A stretch of DNA of 64,000 nucleotides, from the NCBI RefSeq assembly GCF_006345805.1, contig NC_043007.1, positions 66,526,001 to 66,590,000 on the forward strand, given 5' to 3'. Under the pieces are notes generated by a model. The model was not told the DNA's origin. It made no database searches and saw only the letters and a program-made list of their open reading frames with translations. Origin of the DNA: Octopus sinensis (Eukaryota). The position numbers were made by a program, and so were the translations under genes. Shown piece by piece: positions 39,243 through 51,849 of this stretch (the stretch's first letter is position 1; each line of letters begins with the position of its first letter).

Positions 39243-39675
39243 TTATATATATATATAGCTTTGCGTAAAAGAAAATACCTGATTATGATTTATTTTTAAC
39301 ATATCCCACTCTGAGATTCATACACTTATTGCAACGCTCTTTCATTTTTTTCTAATACTCGTAAAAGAACCCGGAAGTTTGGACTTCCAGTCAGGCGTTT
39401 CGCGATACACTTAAAACCAGAGGAACTCTTCAGCACCCCCTTGTATGTATATATGTATGTATGTATGTATGTATGTAGTATGTATGTATGTATGTATGTA
39501 TGTATGTATGTATGTATGTATGTATGTATGTATGTATGTATGTATGTATGTATATAAATATATGTGTGTGTGTATATATATATATGTATATGGCTGTATG
39601 GATGTATATATATATATTGTACTATAGACGCTTGGCTATTATGTTGATCTGTTCTTTTTTTTGTTTTTCATTCAG

Positions 39676-39808
39676 CTCTATTCCGGCTAACATTCCCACG
39701 CCATTGTCTTCTGACGCCAATAACTCATTTGCCCATCGCATCTATATGCACCCTCCCCACAACATCGCCTCACCACTCTGTCATCGGTCTCTGTTCGAAC
39801 CGCACTAA
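39676..39808 (+). CDS. Candidate terminal coding exon (unverified)
   Basis: Strong pyrimidine tract plus CAG at 39654-39675, then SIPANIPTPLSSDANNSFAHRIYMHPPHNIASPLCHRSLFEPH*; no homology recognised. Confidence 0.2.
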
Positions 39809-40539
39809 GTTCCCACACTCCACCACCCCCACCACCACCGCCACCATCGCCGCCGCCGTCGCCATCGCTACCGACCATTTTTGCCTTCCCGCTCACGTAC
39901 CTGTGTTATGCTCGGCTGGACACTTAGGGACATGAAACATCGCAACGATACAAGCAGAGCTTCAACGAATGGAAGCAAGTGAAAAGTGATGGATATTGCC
40001 GTAGGGTGGAGTATTTCGTTAGCAAGGGTATGACGTATGGTAGTAAATTGGTAGTTAGGGTAATGGTGAGATGACAGTGAAGATGGTTATCGAAGGAAGA
40101 CATCAGCAGGAGCTGTTGTTTAAAAAAGAGAGAGAGAGAGAGAGAGAGAAAAGAACAATAGCAACCACAATAGACATCACAGCAGCAGCAGCGACAAGGA
40201 CAACAGCAACAGAAGCAGCAGGTGTTGTTGTCCATAGTAGTGGGGGCAGCGGTGGTGGCGATGATGGTTTGCAAAGGATCTTCAAGTATATGTGGAATCA
40301 AAAGAAACAAGACAGATAGCGAAAGAGAGAGGGGGAGTTGGAGAGAGAGACGAGCAGGAAGAAAGAGAGGAAGAGAGAGATGAAAAGAACTACAGAAAAA
40401 TAGAAAATGTGTAAGTATACATGTATATACATACGTATGTATAAATATAGATATGTATACATGAATATACATACGTATGTATGCACACACATATATATAT
40501 ATATATTATATACACACAGAAACATATATATATATATAT

Positions 40540-41564
40540 AGGTGATAAATAAAAATATATGCATACATACAAACATATATGTACGTACCTACATCTACAT
40601 GTATATATACATGCATATATAAATAATTATACGGGAGTACAGGACATCACAATAAGACGTAGAAACGGAAAAAAACAAAAAACAAAAAACAAGAAAACGA
40701 AAAACGAAAAATAAGAAAACGAAAAACAAATACCGGACGAGCTACACAAGGACAAAACCCCGTCATCAGCTGTCGCTAGTGGAGTCAGGCATGTTTCGAA
40801 GGCATAGACAGAACACTAATCCAATAAGCCTTCCTGCGAGAGAATTAAAATAAAATTCCAAGCAGCGGGGCAAAATGAGTACGTACACAAACAAGACGTA
40901 ACAATAAAACTGCAAAATTAAAATACATGTACAAAAACAAACACACAAGAAGACGAACGAAAAAGCCTTTTTTCTGGCATAGACAAACAATAAAACTGCA
41001 AAAATAAAAATACATGTACAAAAAATACAATTAGTTACAAAACGAGAAAATAAAAAGAATACGATACAGGAAATCAACCACACGGGGGGACGAACGAAAA
41101 AGCCTTTTGCTGGCAAAGACGAAAAGTATAGTAGCAGCGCGTGGAGGCAGTCTTTTCAATAGTGAGAACCACGTGTAAAGGAATTTTGTTTTATAGGCAA
41201 AGAAGGAGGAAGGAGGAGGGGGACACACGGCGAAGAGAGAGGAGGAGTGGGAGGGAGAGAGATTGAAGAGGTTAAAGCAAAGGGAGAGAGTTCCGCATCT
41301 TAAATATAATAATATAAATATAAAAAAAGGAACCAAGAAGTGGACCGAAACGATGAATCGGAACGAACCTGATGCGGGGCGCTGTCAGACAATAAGGTGA
41401 TAAATAAAAATATATGCATACATACAAACATATATGTACGTACCTACATCTACATGTATATATACATGCATATATAAATAATTATACGGGAGTACAGGAC
41501 ATCACAATAAGACGTAGAAACGGAAAAAACCAAAAAACAAAAAACAAGGAAACGAAAAACGAAA

Positions 41565-41566
<2 letters not shown>
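40540..41566. mobile_element. Unit of 172-bp direct repeat, 683-bp internal segment and 172-bp direct repeat, inside (TA)n
   Basis: 40540-40711 vs 41395-41566 differ at 2 positions. Confidence 0.8.
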
Positions 41567-41603
<37 letters not shown>

Positions 41604-41691
41604 GCGGTGCCCCAGCATGGCCACAGTCAAATGACTGAAACAAGCAAAGAAAAATATATTTGTGTGTGTGTGTGTGTGTATACATATATAA

Positions 41692-42069
<378 letters not shown>

Positions 42070-42101
42070 TATAATACCTGTACATCATCTTCAAACCTTC
42101 T

Positions 42102-42144
<43 letters not shown>

Positions 42145-42147
42145 GTC

Positions 42148-42580
42148 GGGCTACTTTCAGTTTCTGTCTACCAAATCCGTTCACAAGACTTTGGTTGACC
42201 CATGGCTATATTAGAAGACACTTGCCCAAGGTGCCATACAGTAGGACTGAACTCGCAACCATGTGGAATCCCGTCGTATATGTGTAAGTGTGTGTGTGTT
42301 TGTGTGCGCGTGTGTATACGTGTGTGTGTGTGTTTGTGTGCGCGTGTGTATATGTGTGTGTGTCTTTGTATCTGTGTTTGCCCCCCACCAATCACCGCTT
42401 GACAACCAGCGTTGATGCGTTTACGTCCCCGTAACCTAGCAGTTCGGCTAAAAATTCCGATAGAATAAGTACTTCATTTAAAAAATAAGTTTTGGTGTCG
42501 ATTTGACCAACCAAAACCTTTCAAGGCTGTGCTCCAGTATGACCATAGTCTAATGACTGAAACAAATAAAACAATAAAAG
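42148..42580 (+). mobile_element. SINE family B with an inverted 5' half
   Basis: 42148-42266 is the reverse complement of the 5' body; 42270-42580 is the forward 3' half starting cccgtcgtat. Confidence 0.75.
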
Positions 42581-42619
42581 AATATATATATATATTCTGT
42601 TATGTTTATTCTCTTCTGC

Positions 42620-42790
42620 TCTCGGCACAAGGACCGAAAATTTTGGAGGGAAGGGGCCTGTCGATTAGATCTACCCCAGTACGCAACTGGTACTTAATTT
42701 ATCGACCCCGAAAGGATGAAAGGCAAAATCGACCTCGGTGGAATTTGAACTCAGAACGTAAAGACAGACTGCTAAGCATTTCGCCGGCAC
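42620..42790 (-). mobile_element. SINE family A
   Basis: atcgaccccgaaaggatgaaaggcaaaatcgacctcgg. Confidence 0.85.
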
Positions 42791-43735
42791 TTATAAATAC
42801 ATTAAGAACGTATCTGCAAACACGCGCGTGCACACACATACACGAATAATGGCCACACACAAACGTATACGGTACTTCAGTATTAATTAACACTCTTCCT
42901 GCAAGCACACTGACCTGTAAATGAATGAAATCGCTGGCTGTTATTCATTGCAATTTTGATGGTAAGTAGTTGTAAGTAGATATTTTTCTCCTTATACAGC
43001 AAAACAAAGAAAAAAAGGCGCTAAACAAAGCGGCAAAAACTGGGCGAAACTAGTCTAATCTAGCTTGTTCTCCGGTCGGTTCTGTAGTTGAGAGAGAATG
43101 AGAGAGAGAGAGAGGTAGGGCACAGAGAGACAGACGAAGTGGGAGCGAGGGACGGTGAGAGATGGAGAGAGACGGAGAGAGAGTCAAACGGAAAGACGGA
43201 GCGGGAAAGGGACAGACAAGGCAGACAGACAGACAGACGAAGACGGTGAGAAACGGAGAGAGACGGAAAGACGAACAGAGTGTGTAAGAGAGAGCGGGAA
43301 AGAGACAAACGCGTAGATAGACAGAGACAGACTAAACAGATAGAGTGGGTGAGAGAGATAGAGAGAGGGAGAAAGAGAGAGAGAGAATTGCTATGTAACC
43401 AAAGGGGTTACTTAAAATGTGAACCTTACTTATGCATTCAAACTTATAATTTATCTCCAAACATGCCATCATACACACACACACATATATATATATATAT
43501 ACACACATACACACACACATTACATATGTATTTTATATATAACAGATATATATGTAATATAGATATAAATATATATTATAAATAGAATATGTGTTATATG
43601 TATGCATATATATCTTTTGTGAAGGTGTGTCAGCGCTTGTATACGTATGTACATATGTATGTATGCATGTATTTATGTATGTATGTATATATATATGAGT
43701 GTGGGTGTGTGTTTATATATATATATAGAGAGAGG

Positions 43736-43781
<46 letters not shown>

Positions 43782-43963
43782 AACACATTCATTCATACAC
43801 ATTTATACATATTAAATATATACATATACATGCTTCGGGTATTCTGAAGTAAGCTGTGTACTTTATACACTGCACACGCACACACATACACACACAGAGA
43901 CTTATGTATATACATATATACATACATTATGTAAATATATATATTTATGTATGTATGTATGTA

Positions 43964-44021
<58 letters not shown>

Positions 44022-44477
44022 GATTTAATGACTCAACCTGAAAAAATACAAAAGGGAATGCTGGAGTGATACCCAAATGCTTATGTCATTGTATCCTAAC
44101 ACTCATCTTGGGTCATTAACCATTTATAATGCCGGGCTAGTCATCCTGAATTTAGTATCAATTACGTAACTTCAATACGTTCACAAACGGCACGCGAACC
44201 TATCAATATATAAATTTTTTTTTTCGCCCAACGGGCAAACATCTACGCGGTAGCTCAACCTGCCCAACGTAGCAGCCAATTATTTCTCTAATGTTTCATG
44301 GCGCATTTTAAAAAATGGCTAAATGCACAGTATAACTTCATACGGACAATCACATAACAGAAATGGAAGTCAGAGTAATCACTACTTTAATGCAGATAGA
44401 GCGGTATTTCCACAGCACATGTAAAGCGGTCTGTAAAACATCTACAATGATAAACGTGTCTCGCAAAGTCTTCAATA

Positions 44478-44700
44478 TCTGTTATATAAAATCCGTTCTG
44501 TCTGTCTGTCTGTGTCTTCTAGGATCTCGGGTATCCTCCATCCAATTGCGCTGAAATTTGAAATGTAGGTACCGACGGTATCAGGGCATGTATAAGTCTT
44601 GAAAAAATTACAAAAATTGATCCCAGGTAGGAATGTAATCGATAAAGCCGTGGGAACGTGCATTTATAAAAATTGTTTTTCTTGGAATAGGAAAATGTCT
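44478..44700 (+). mobile_element. Possible non-autonomous Helitron-like 5' fragment
   Basis: tatataaaatccgttctgtctgtctgtctgtg...ccaattgcgctgaaatttg, organised like 49385. Confidence 0.4.
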
Positions 44701-44889
44701 ATCTTTATTTCTTCTTTTGCTGGTGTCTAAAATTTAGGTTAAATCAGTGTTTCTCAAAGGGTTGGCCTATGGGACGGCCGGACAAGTTGTTTTGAGAAAA
44801 TTTGGTTTAAATGTTCGACAACTCAGCACCGTCCATTGGATGGTGGGATGGGGGGGGCGTTTTACTCGTACTAATATAAACACCAGCGG

Positions 44890-45265
44890 ATACTCGTCGT
44901 GGCACTCCGTCGGTTGTGACGACGAAGGTTCCAATTGATTCGATCAACGGAATAGCCTGCTCGTGAAATTAACGTGCAAGTGGCTGAGAACCCCACACAC
45001 ACGTGTACCCTTAATGTAGTTCTCAGGGAGATTCAGAGTGTGACAAGGCTGGCCATTTGAAATACAGGTACGACAGAAACAGAAACAAAGAGTGAGAGAA
45101 AATTGTAGTGAAATAGTACAGCAGGGTTTACCACGCCCCACTGCCGGAGCCTCGTGCAGCTTTAGGTGTTTTCGTTCAATAAACAAAACGCATAGTCTGG
45201 TAATCGTAACCACGGGCCAACGACTGCGAGGTCACTGCCCTAATCACTGGACCATTACGCCTCTA
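44890..45265. mobile_element. Family F repeat (+) abutting a family E SINE (-)
   Basis: ggcactccgtcggtt...gctcgtgaaattaacgtgcaagtggc, then the reverse of the family E head. Confidence 0.65.
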
Positions 45266-45395
45266 CTCTAGTGGATAATAACATACATATATATCCATAC
45301 ATACGTACATACATATATTTATGCATGAATTTATATATATATATGTATATATATATGTATATATATGTATATATATATATATGTGTATATATATA

Positions 45396-45454
<59 letters not shown>

Positions 45455-45461
<7 letters not shown>

Positions 45462-45590
45462 TAGGGGTTGTAAATGCAACCCTCCATGGGATAACATATA
45501 TCCAATATACTGCTAGTGAAGTACCCAACAAAGTTAATACATAAATGTTAAGAATTGCGATGCAATTAATTCATTTACTGTATTATATGG
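45455..45590. repeat. Unclassified ~135-bp interspersed repeat (second copy at ~62921-63055)
   Basis: gagataggggtt...tatccaatatactgc..gtaccca...gaattgc.atgcaat, after (TA)n in both copies. Confidence 0.7.
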
Positions 45591-45649
45591 GCAAAGGTAA
45601 AATGTTTTACCACAAATTAATAATACAAAATAAGAAAATGGAGAAAATG

Positions 45650-45680
<31 letters not shown>

Positions 45681-45689
45681 CATATATAT

Positions 45690-45830
45690 ATATATACGAC
45701 GGGCTTCTTTCAGTGTCCGTCTATCAAATACACTCACAGGGCTTTGGTCGGCCCGAATCTATAGTAGAAGACACTTGCCCTACGTGCCACGCAGTGGGAC
45801 TGAACCGGAACCATGTAGTTGGTAAGCAAC
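45690..45830 (-). mobile_element. SINE family B, 5' half
   Basis: gacgggcttctttcag...gcagtgggactgaaccggaaccatg. Confidence 0.8.
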
Positions 45831-45907
45831 TCCCGTATGTATATATATACAGCTGTATGTATATATATACTGCTGTATGTATATATATATGTGTGTGTGT
45901 GTGTGTG

Positions 45908-46097
45908 TTATAAGCTCCAAGCTTATAAGCGATCATCGTGTATTGACTAAAGAAACCAGTTTAATATTGGGGCACATAAGCCCTCGACGGAAAACTGTGG
46001 GTTACTTATTTTTCTGCCGAAGGCTTATATGCCCCCCAAATTAGACTCTTTTCTTCAGTCAATACACGGTGGTCGCGTATAAGCTTAAAGCTTATAA
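45908..46097. mobile_element. 190-bp MITE-like palindrome
   Basis: ~86-bp arms ttataagctccaagc.../...gcttaaagcttataa with a 14-nt loop. Confidence 0.8.
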
Positions 46098-46147
46098 TAT
46101 ATTATTTACAGAATTGTAACTCGGCACCGCTTATCAAATCATCGCAT

Positions 46148-46196
<49 letters not shown>

Positions 46197-46221
46197 CACG
46201 TGCACACACGAATACATTAAT

Positions 46222-46308
<87 letters not shown>

Positions 46309-47142
46309 TCGGCCCTGTTGATTGGTTACAGCACTGCACAAAATGTAAAAACTTTGATTCCAAAACGCCAGTCAGAGAAGAACTGTGGTGAATAAGAGGC
46401 AATAAAAACATATACATAAGGATTGATTTTTTTAACTTCAATAAGTTTTAAGGGAAAGCATATCAGTCTTTCATTATGATCTTATTTCTATTTTATATTC
46501 CTCCAACACTACAGCGGTAGCTTTGTAAATAATTATATATGCGTTTGTGTGTGTTTGTGTGTGCATGTGTTTGTCTGTGTGTGTACAGATACATACATAC
46601 ATACACAAACACAAACAGACGCTCTCCTACACACGTGTGAGTGTATTCGTTCACGCATAAATTTATGTATATTAACATACAAAATAAATGTGTTCTCTTA
46701 ATATAAAAGGCATTGCGTGTTAAAATCGATAGGCCATTTAGCATTTCTTCCTTTCTTGGCTGCGTGGGGGTTGATGACAGTAAAATAAATGCCAGTTAAG
46801 TACTGCAGCCAATTTTATCGATTGTGTCTTCTGACAAAAATCTGTGTGGCTTTGTGCCAAAGTTAGACATCAATATTTGTCCATAAAAAAAGATTGATAT
46901 ATATTTTCCAGAGACACCAGTTCAGCAAAGTCAGATATTTGACCTTTCAAAATCAAAGGTTTGATCAAATATGTAAGTGTTATTAAGATCTATTAACTCC
47001 AAGAGATGATTGAGAGCTGTGATGTGACATCCATAATTTATATGTTGTATTAGCAGCATTATTGAAAGTAAATTGGTTTCAAAAGGCAATGGAATTAGCT
47101 ACAGAATATATGATGACTTGAAGCTAACGTGACATCTGTATA

Positions 47143-48412
47143 CCGGCATACTTCAACTTACGTCGTTTCGAGTTACGTCTTTTTCGACTTCTCGTTGATT
47201 TTTGTTGAAATTAATGGAAAACGAAAAATAAACCTCATCTTCCGTACATTTATCCGACTTAATGTCTGTCTCAGCTAACGTTTCTAAAAGCATGAAATTT
47301 TAAAAAACAAAAGCCTAAAAACCAGTACTGACAAAGAAAAGACAAATAAAACGTGTATGAAACTATATACGTAGTATTTATTAAAACAGATGTAAGCAAA
47401 TAAATTTTAAAGTTTGTTTTGTGTGTTTGTGTTTGTGTGCTGTGTCATTTTCCGAGTTAAGTCGCAATATCTTGGCACCAATTACCGACATAAGTTGAGG
47501 GGTATATGTACAGTTATACCTCATTTTACGAGTTTTATTTGATAATACATTTTTCAAGCATAAGATCCAAATTTTGAATGAAGTGTAAAAGTTTCTACAA
47601 CCATAACAAATGCTTTTGCGTATCACCGAGAAATTTATAGAGAACGAAAAAAAGCTTCTTCTAAGCAAACAACTCTAGACTTGTTTTTTAAAAAGAAATC
47701 TGCAAGTCCGTCTACGAGTGCTTGTCAATCGGCGACCACGTCTACAAGTGATAGTGTGCGTAAGTCTAATGCGAGTGAAAGTGGGGCAGAAAATGATTAT
47801 AGTAATAATAATATTATTTGTTATTATAAATGATCTTTGTCGTTTATTTACGAGTATTATAAACTTTACTCTTTTACTTGTTTCAGTCATTTGACTGTCG
47901 CCATGCTGGAGCACCACCTTTTAGTCGAGCAAATCGACCCCAGAACTTATTCTTTCTAAGCCTAGTACTTATTCTATCGGGTTCTTTTGCCGAACCGCTA
48001 AGTTACGGGGACTTAAACACACTAACATCGGTTGTCAAGCGATGTTGGGGGAGGGGACAAACACAGACACACAAATATATACTCACACACAAACATATAT
48101 ACATATATACGACGGGCTTCTTTCAGCTTCCGTCTACCAAATCCACTGAAGACTTTTGTCTGCCCGAGGCTATAGTAGAATACACTTACGCATGGTGCCA
48201 CGCAGTGGGACTGAACCCGGAACCATGTGGTTCGTAAGCAAGCTACTTACTACATAGCCACTCCTACGTCTATACTTTATAAGTAAAATATTTTTCTGAG
48301 AACTAATTACGATTTATAACATTGCTGCTATGGGAAATTATTGCTCTGATTTACGAGTTTTCGCTTTACGATCGGTCTCCTTGGACAAATTAACTCCTAT
48401 ATTGAGGTATTA

Positions 48413-48415
<3 letters not shown>
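47143..48415 (+). mobile_element. Internally deleted pogo/Tigger element containing a SINE insertion
   Basis: TIR-like ends ta|ccggcatacttcaacttacg and ttgaggtattaatg|ta; DPNFE*SVKV...YHREIYRERKK..KQTTLDLFFKK resembles the Tigger C-terminus. Confidence 0.65.
47868..48270 (-). mobile_element. SINE family B nested in the Tigger element
   Basis: Full consensus motifs. Confidence 0.9.
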
Positions 48416-48475
<60 letters not shown>

Positions 48476-48499
48476 TATAGATGTAGATATAGATATAGA

Positions 48500-48549
<50 letters not shown>

Positions 48550-48552
<3 letters not shown>

Positions 48553-48850
48553 ACCGTGATCAACGTGACCGACCGGCTATCAGATGCTGCTACAAATCGC
48601 TGGTCACAATGCACTCCGCATTGTTTTAGTCTTCAAATGACGCCATCCCGCTGGCTAAGCGAGCAGGCCAACAGAAGAAGAGTGAGAGAAAGAGTACAGC
48701 AGGGATCGCCCCCCCCCCCCTGCCGGAGCCTCGTGGAGCTTTAGGTGTTTTCGCTCAATAAACACTCACAACGCCCGGTCTGAGAATCGAAACCGCGATC
48801 CTACAAACCGCGAGTGCGCTGCCCTAACCACAAGGCCATTGCGCCTCCAC
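48550..48850 (-). mobile_element. SINE family E, near full length
   Basis: ctgccggagcctcgtggagctttaggtg...gaatcgaaaccgcg...gccattgcgcctcca. Confidence 0.8.
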
Positions 48851-48891
48851 ACACACATACACACACACCACTATACATCTATACATACATG

Positions 48892-48955
<64 letters not shown>

Positions 48956-49321
48956 TGATTTAGTCTTATGTATACAACAATCCACAATTGTTCAGGCATA
49001 CAAGCAGTCGCACACACCCTGCATTCGTTTAAATAATGAGTCGATTTGATTCAATTTGAGTGAATAATATATGAATATATATATTGATAAGAATGCTACT
49101 AAATTGGGAATTGTTGCGTTCTAGGAAATATATCTGAGCTTTACAAGCTCATGCGCAAAGGACATCCTAAAAACAAAGGAGATTGAAGTGTCAGCAACAT
49201 TTTATATTACACACACACATACACATATGCACATACATGAATAAACGGACATACACATAAATACAAACACGAACGCATAATACACAGAAACACTCATACA
49301 AACATAATGTGTGTACATATT

Positions 49322-49381
<60 letters not shown>

Positions 49382-49384
49382 TCT

Positions 49385-49768
49385 CTCTATATAAACGGCA
49401 GTTTGTCTGTGCGTGTTTCTGTGTGTCTGTTTTCTCGTACCCTCACCCTGACCACGGCTTTCAACCGATTCTGATGAAACTTGACACACACATAGCCCAA
49501 TGTCATAATTCAAAACTAACGCAGCGAAAATTTTGAAAAGTTCCCCCAGTTCTGAAAAAAATCGATAAATTCGACATGGGGTCGAGAATAAAAAAAAACA
49601 AACCACAGACTGTCTAGGGGACGCAACTCCACCTTTTATTACTCTCAAAAAAAAAATTTACCATCATTTTTTTTCCATTTTTTGGCTATTTTTTGGCTAT
49701 AACTCTCTAAAAATGCTTTATAGTTATTTCCCTTACAAACCTGAGCAACGCCGGGCGATACTGCTAGT
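49385..49768 (+). mobile_element. Non-autonomous Helitron-like element
   Basis: 5' tc..tatata start; 3' GC hairpin gagcaacgccgggcg followed by CTAGT. Confidence 0.7.
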
Positions 49769-50173
49769 ATACATATATATATACGAACATTGAACTATAT
49801 CAAGTTCGTATACCGCTGGGACGAGAATTTCCAGGTGTTTCCGCCCAACACTACATCAACCGGAAAATTCGAATCCCAAAGGTATATCAACATAAAACTT
49901 CTGAGTTACTAACAAAAATTTGCTGACGTAAGTTTGCGACTAGTTTCCCTAGAACTGTGCCAGTTTTATAGTGATCAAATCGATGTTGCCTGAACATGTA
50001 AACGGTATATCACGTGTCAGATATCGAGGTGATCGCAAAGCAAAGTGAGATGAAGGCGTTTTGCTCAAGATCACGACGCGTCATCAGCAACACTCTAACC
50101 ACTAGGCCATGCGTCCTTACACACACACAGCCAGACATATGTGTGTTTGCGTGTGTGTGTGGAGGGGTGTATA

Positions 50174-50221
<48 letters not shown>

Positions 50222-50223
<2 letters not shown>

Positions 50224-50608
50224 TAGCAGTATCGCCCGGCGTTGCTCGGGTTGTAAGGAAATAAATATATAAGCATTTTTAGAGAGTTATAGCCAAAATA
50301 GCAAAAAAATGCATTAAAAATTGAAAAAAAATTAAGGTAATTTTTTTTTTAAATCGTTGACACATCGTAGATATTTTTAGAGAGTTACTTCCCTTATATA
50401 AAAGCGAAAAAAATGCATTAAAATGGAAAAATATGATAAATTTTTTTTAAATCGTAGACTCATCGTAGACGCACGCTAATACCCAGAAGGGCTCGATATG
50501 AATCACGACTATAAGATACCCGCTTTTGGTTAAACTGCACCGCAAATGTGGGAGTAGTTAGGAATCTAATCGTAGGAGACAGACACACAACTTCACTCTT
50601 ATATAAGA
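50222..50608 (-). mobile_element. Non-autonomous Helitron-like element, sibling with the same 3' end and a different 5' part
   Basis: actagcagtatcgcccggcgttgctcggg...; 5' end tcttatataag on the minus strand. Confidence 0.7.
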
Positions 50609-51777
50609 TGCTTTTTTTTTTTCAGTCATAGAGTTAGATTTATGAAGGTCTTCAGTAGAAAATCCTTCGAATTCTGACTCGCTGCTTGATATAATGAAAT
50701 TCGTATCCATTTTTTGTCAGAATTACAAATTTTGAAAACACAATAGGAACAAATTTCGGAAAAAAATCTCCCATAATTCACGGAATTAAAATTACACTTC
50801 GATTTTTGTACAAAACTGTAGTTGAAGTGTTTACGAAGTATAATACGTGTTTTCACGAATGTACTAAAGAGATTTGCTCTGATATTCTCATTTAAATATG
50901 AATAGGTAAATTCGGGCGGCTTGGTAACTATATATAAGTGTCGTCTGTTTATACATAAACACTGTTTCATACTGCAATTATACATACATATATCTATATA
51001 TAATATTATATAATAAAATATATACAGAGTAAAATAAAAACCAATTTACCTTTTCTGTCCGTCCGTGTGTCTTTGCAAATGTGTTGGAATGATAAGTGAG
51101 TTGAGTTTTGGTGCCTTTTTTACTAATAACAAACACACACGTGTTTGTATGTAGTTGTATGTGTATGTAGTTGTATGTAGTTTTTATATGTATGTGTATG
51201 CGTGTGTGTGAGGAATGACACACACACACTCACGCACGCACACATGTACATCAATGCTTTCGGAGTGATATGTTAAAATATTGAGTTTTCTCGAATTTTG
51301 TCTTAATTGGTGGTAAAATTGAAAGAAATTTTTTATGGCATCACCCACTGAAGTACTCTGAAAAATCTTAGGTAAATTCTAATTGAAGAAATTGTGTGAG
51401 GAGTAAATGGTTATGTATTTATTTGTTTCTGTTTGCTGTGTTTTTTTTTATTTTTTGAGTAGTGGTTTAAATACTTTCAGTTTAGTCTTCCTCAAATCAC
51501 TCTGTCGCTATTTACTTTCATTTTATTCGTCGCACACTGTGTGTGTGCGTTTGCGTGTGGTGTAAACCAGACTAAGAAAAGCATTTGACACACACACCAG
51601 AATGTGAGTTTTCTGTAAATTTTGCTTAATTGGAGTTTAAATTTTAAAAACTGGACCTGGCATGACGCGATGCATTGTACTGTTAAAAATGCTAGGTAAA
51701 TTGTAATTGAAGAAATCCTATATTGTAGATTTCTATAACTCCCAAAGGGAGGCAGATAAAATCTGCCTTTTATAATA

Positions 51778-51820
<43 letters not shown>

Positions 51821-51849
51821 GGAATAATTACTATGAAGCATTGTGGAGA

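Noticed and set aside
46750-47080. Possible hAT (SPIN/GTF2IRD2-like) transposase remnant
   Set aside because: Only scattered short motifs; not supportable without an HMM search.
51250-51782. Third Helitron-like element (minus-strand start tcttattataaaaggcag)
   Set aside because: The 5' end is plausible but I could not locate a 3' hairpin and CTAG end.
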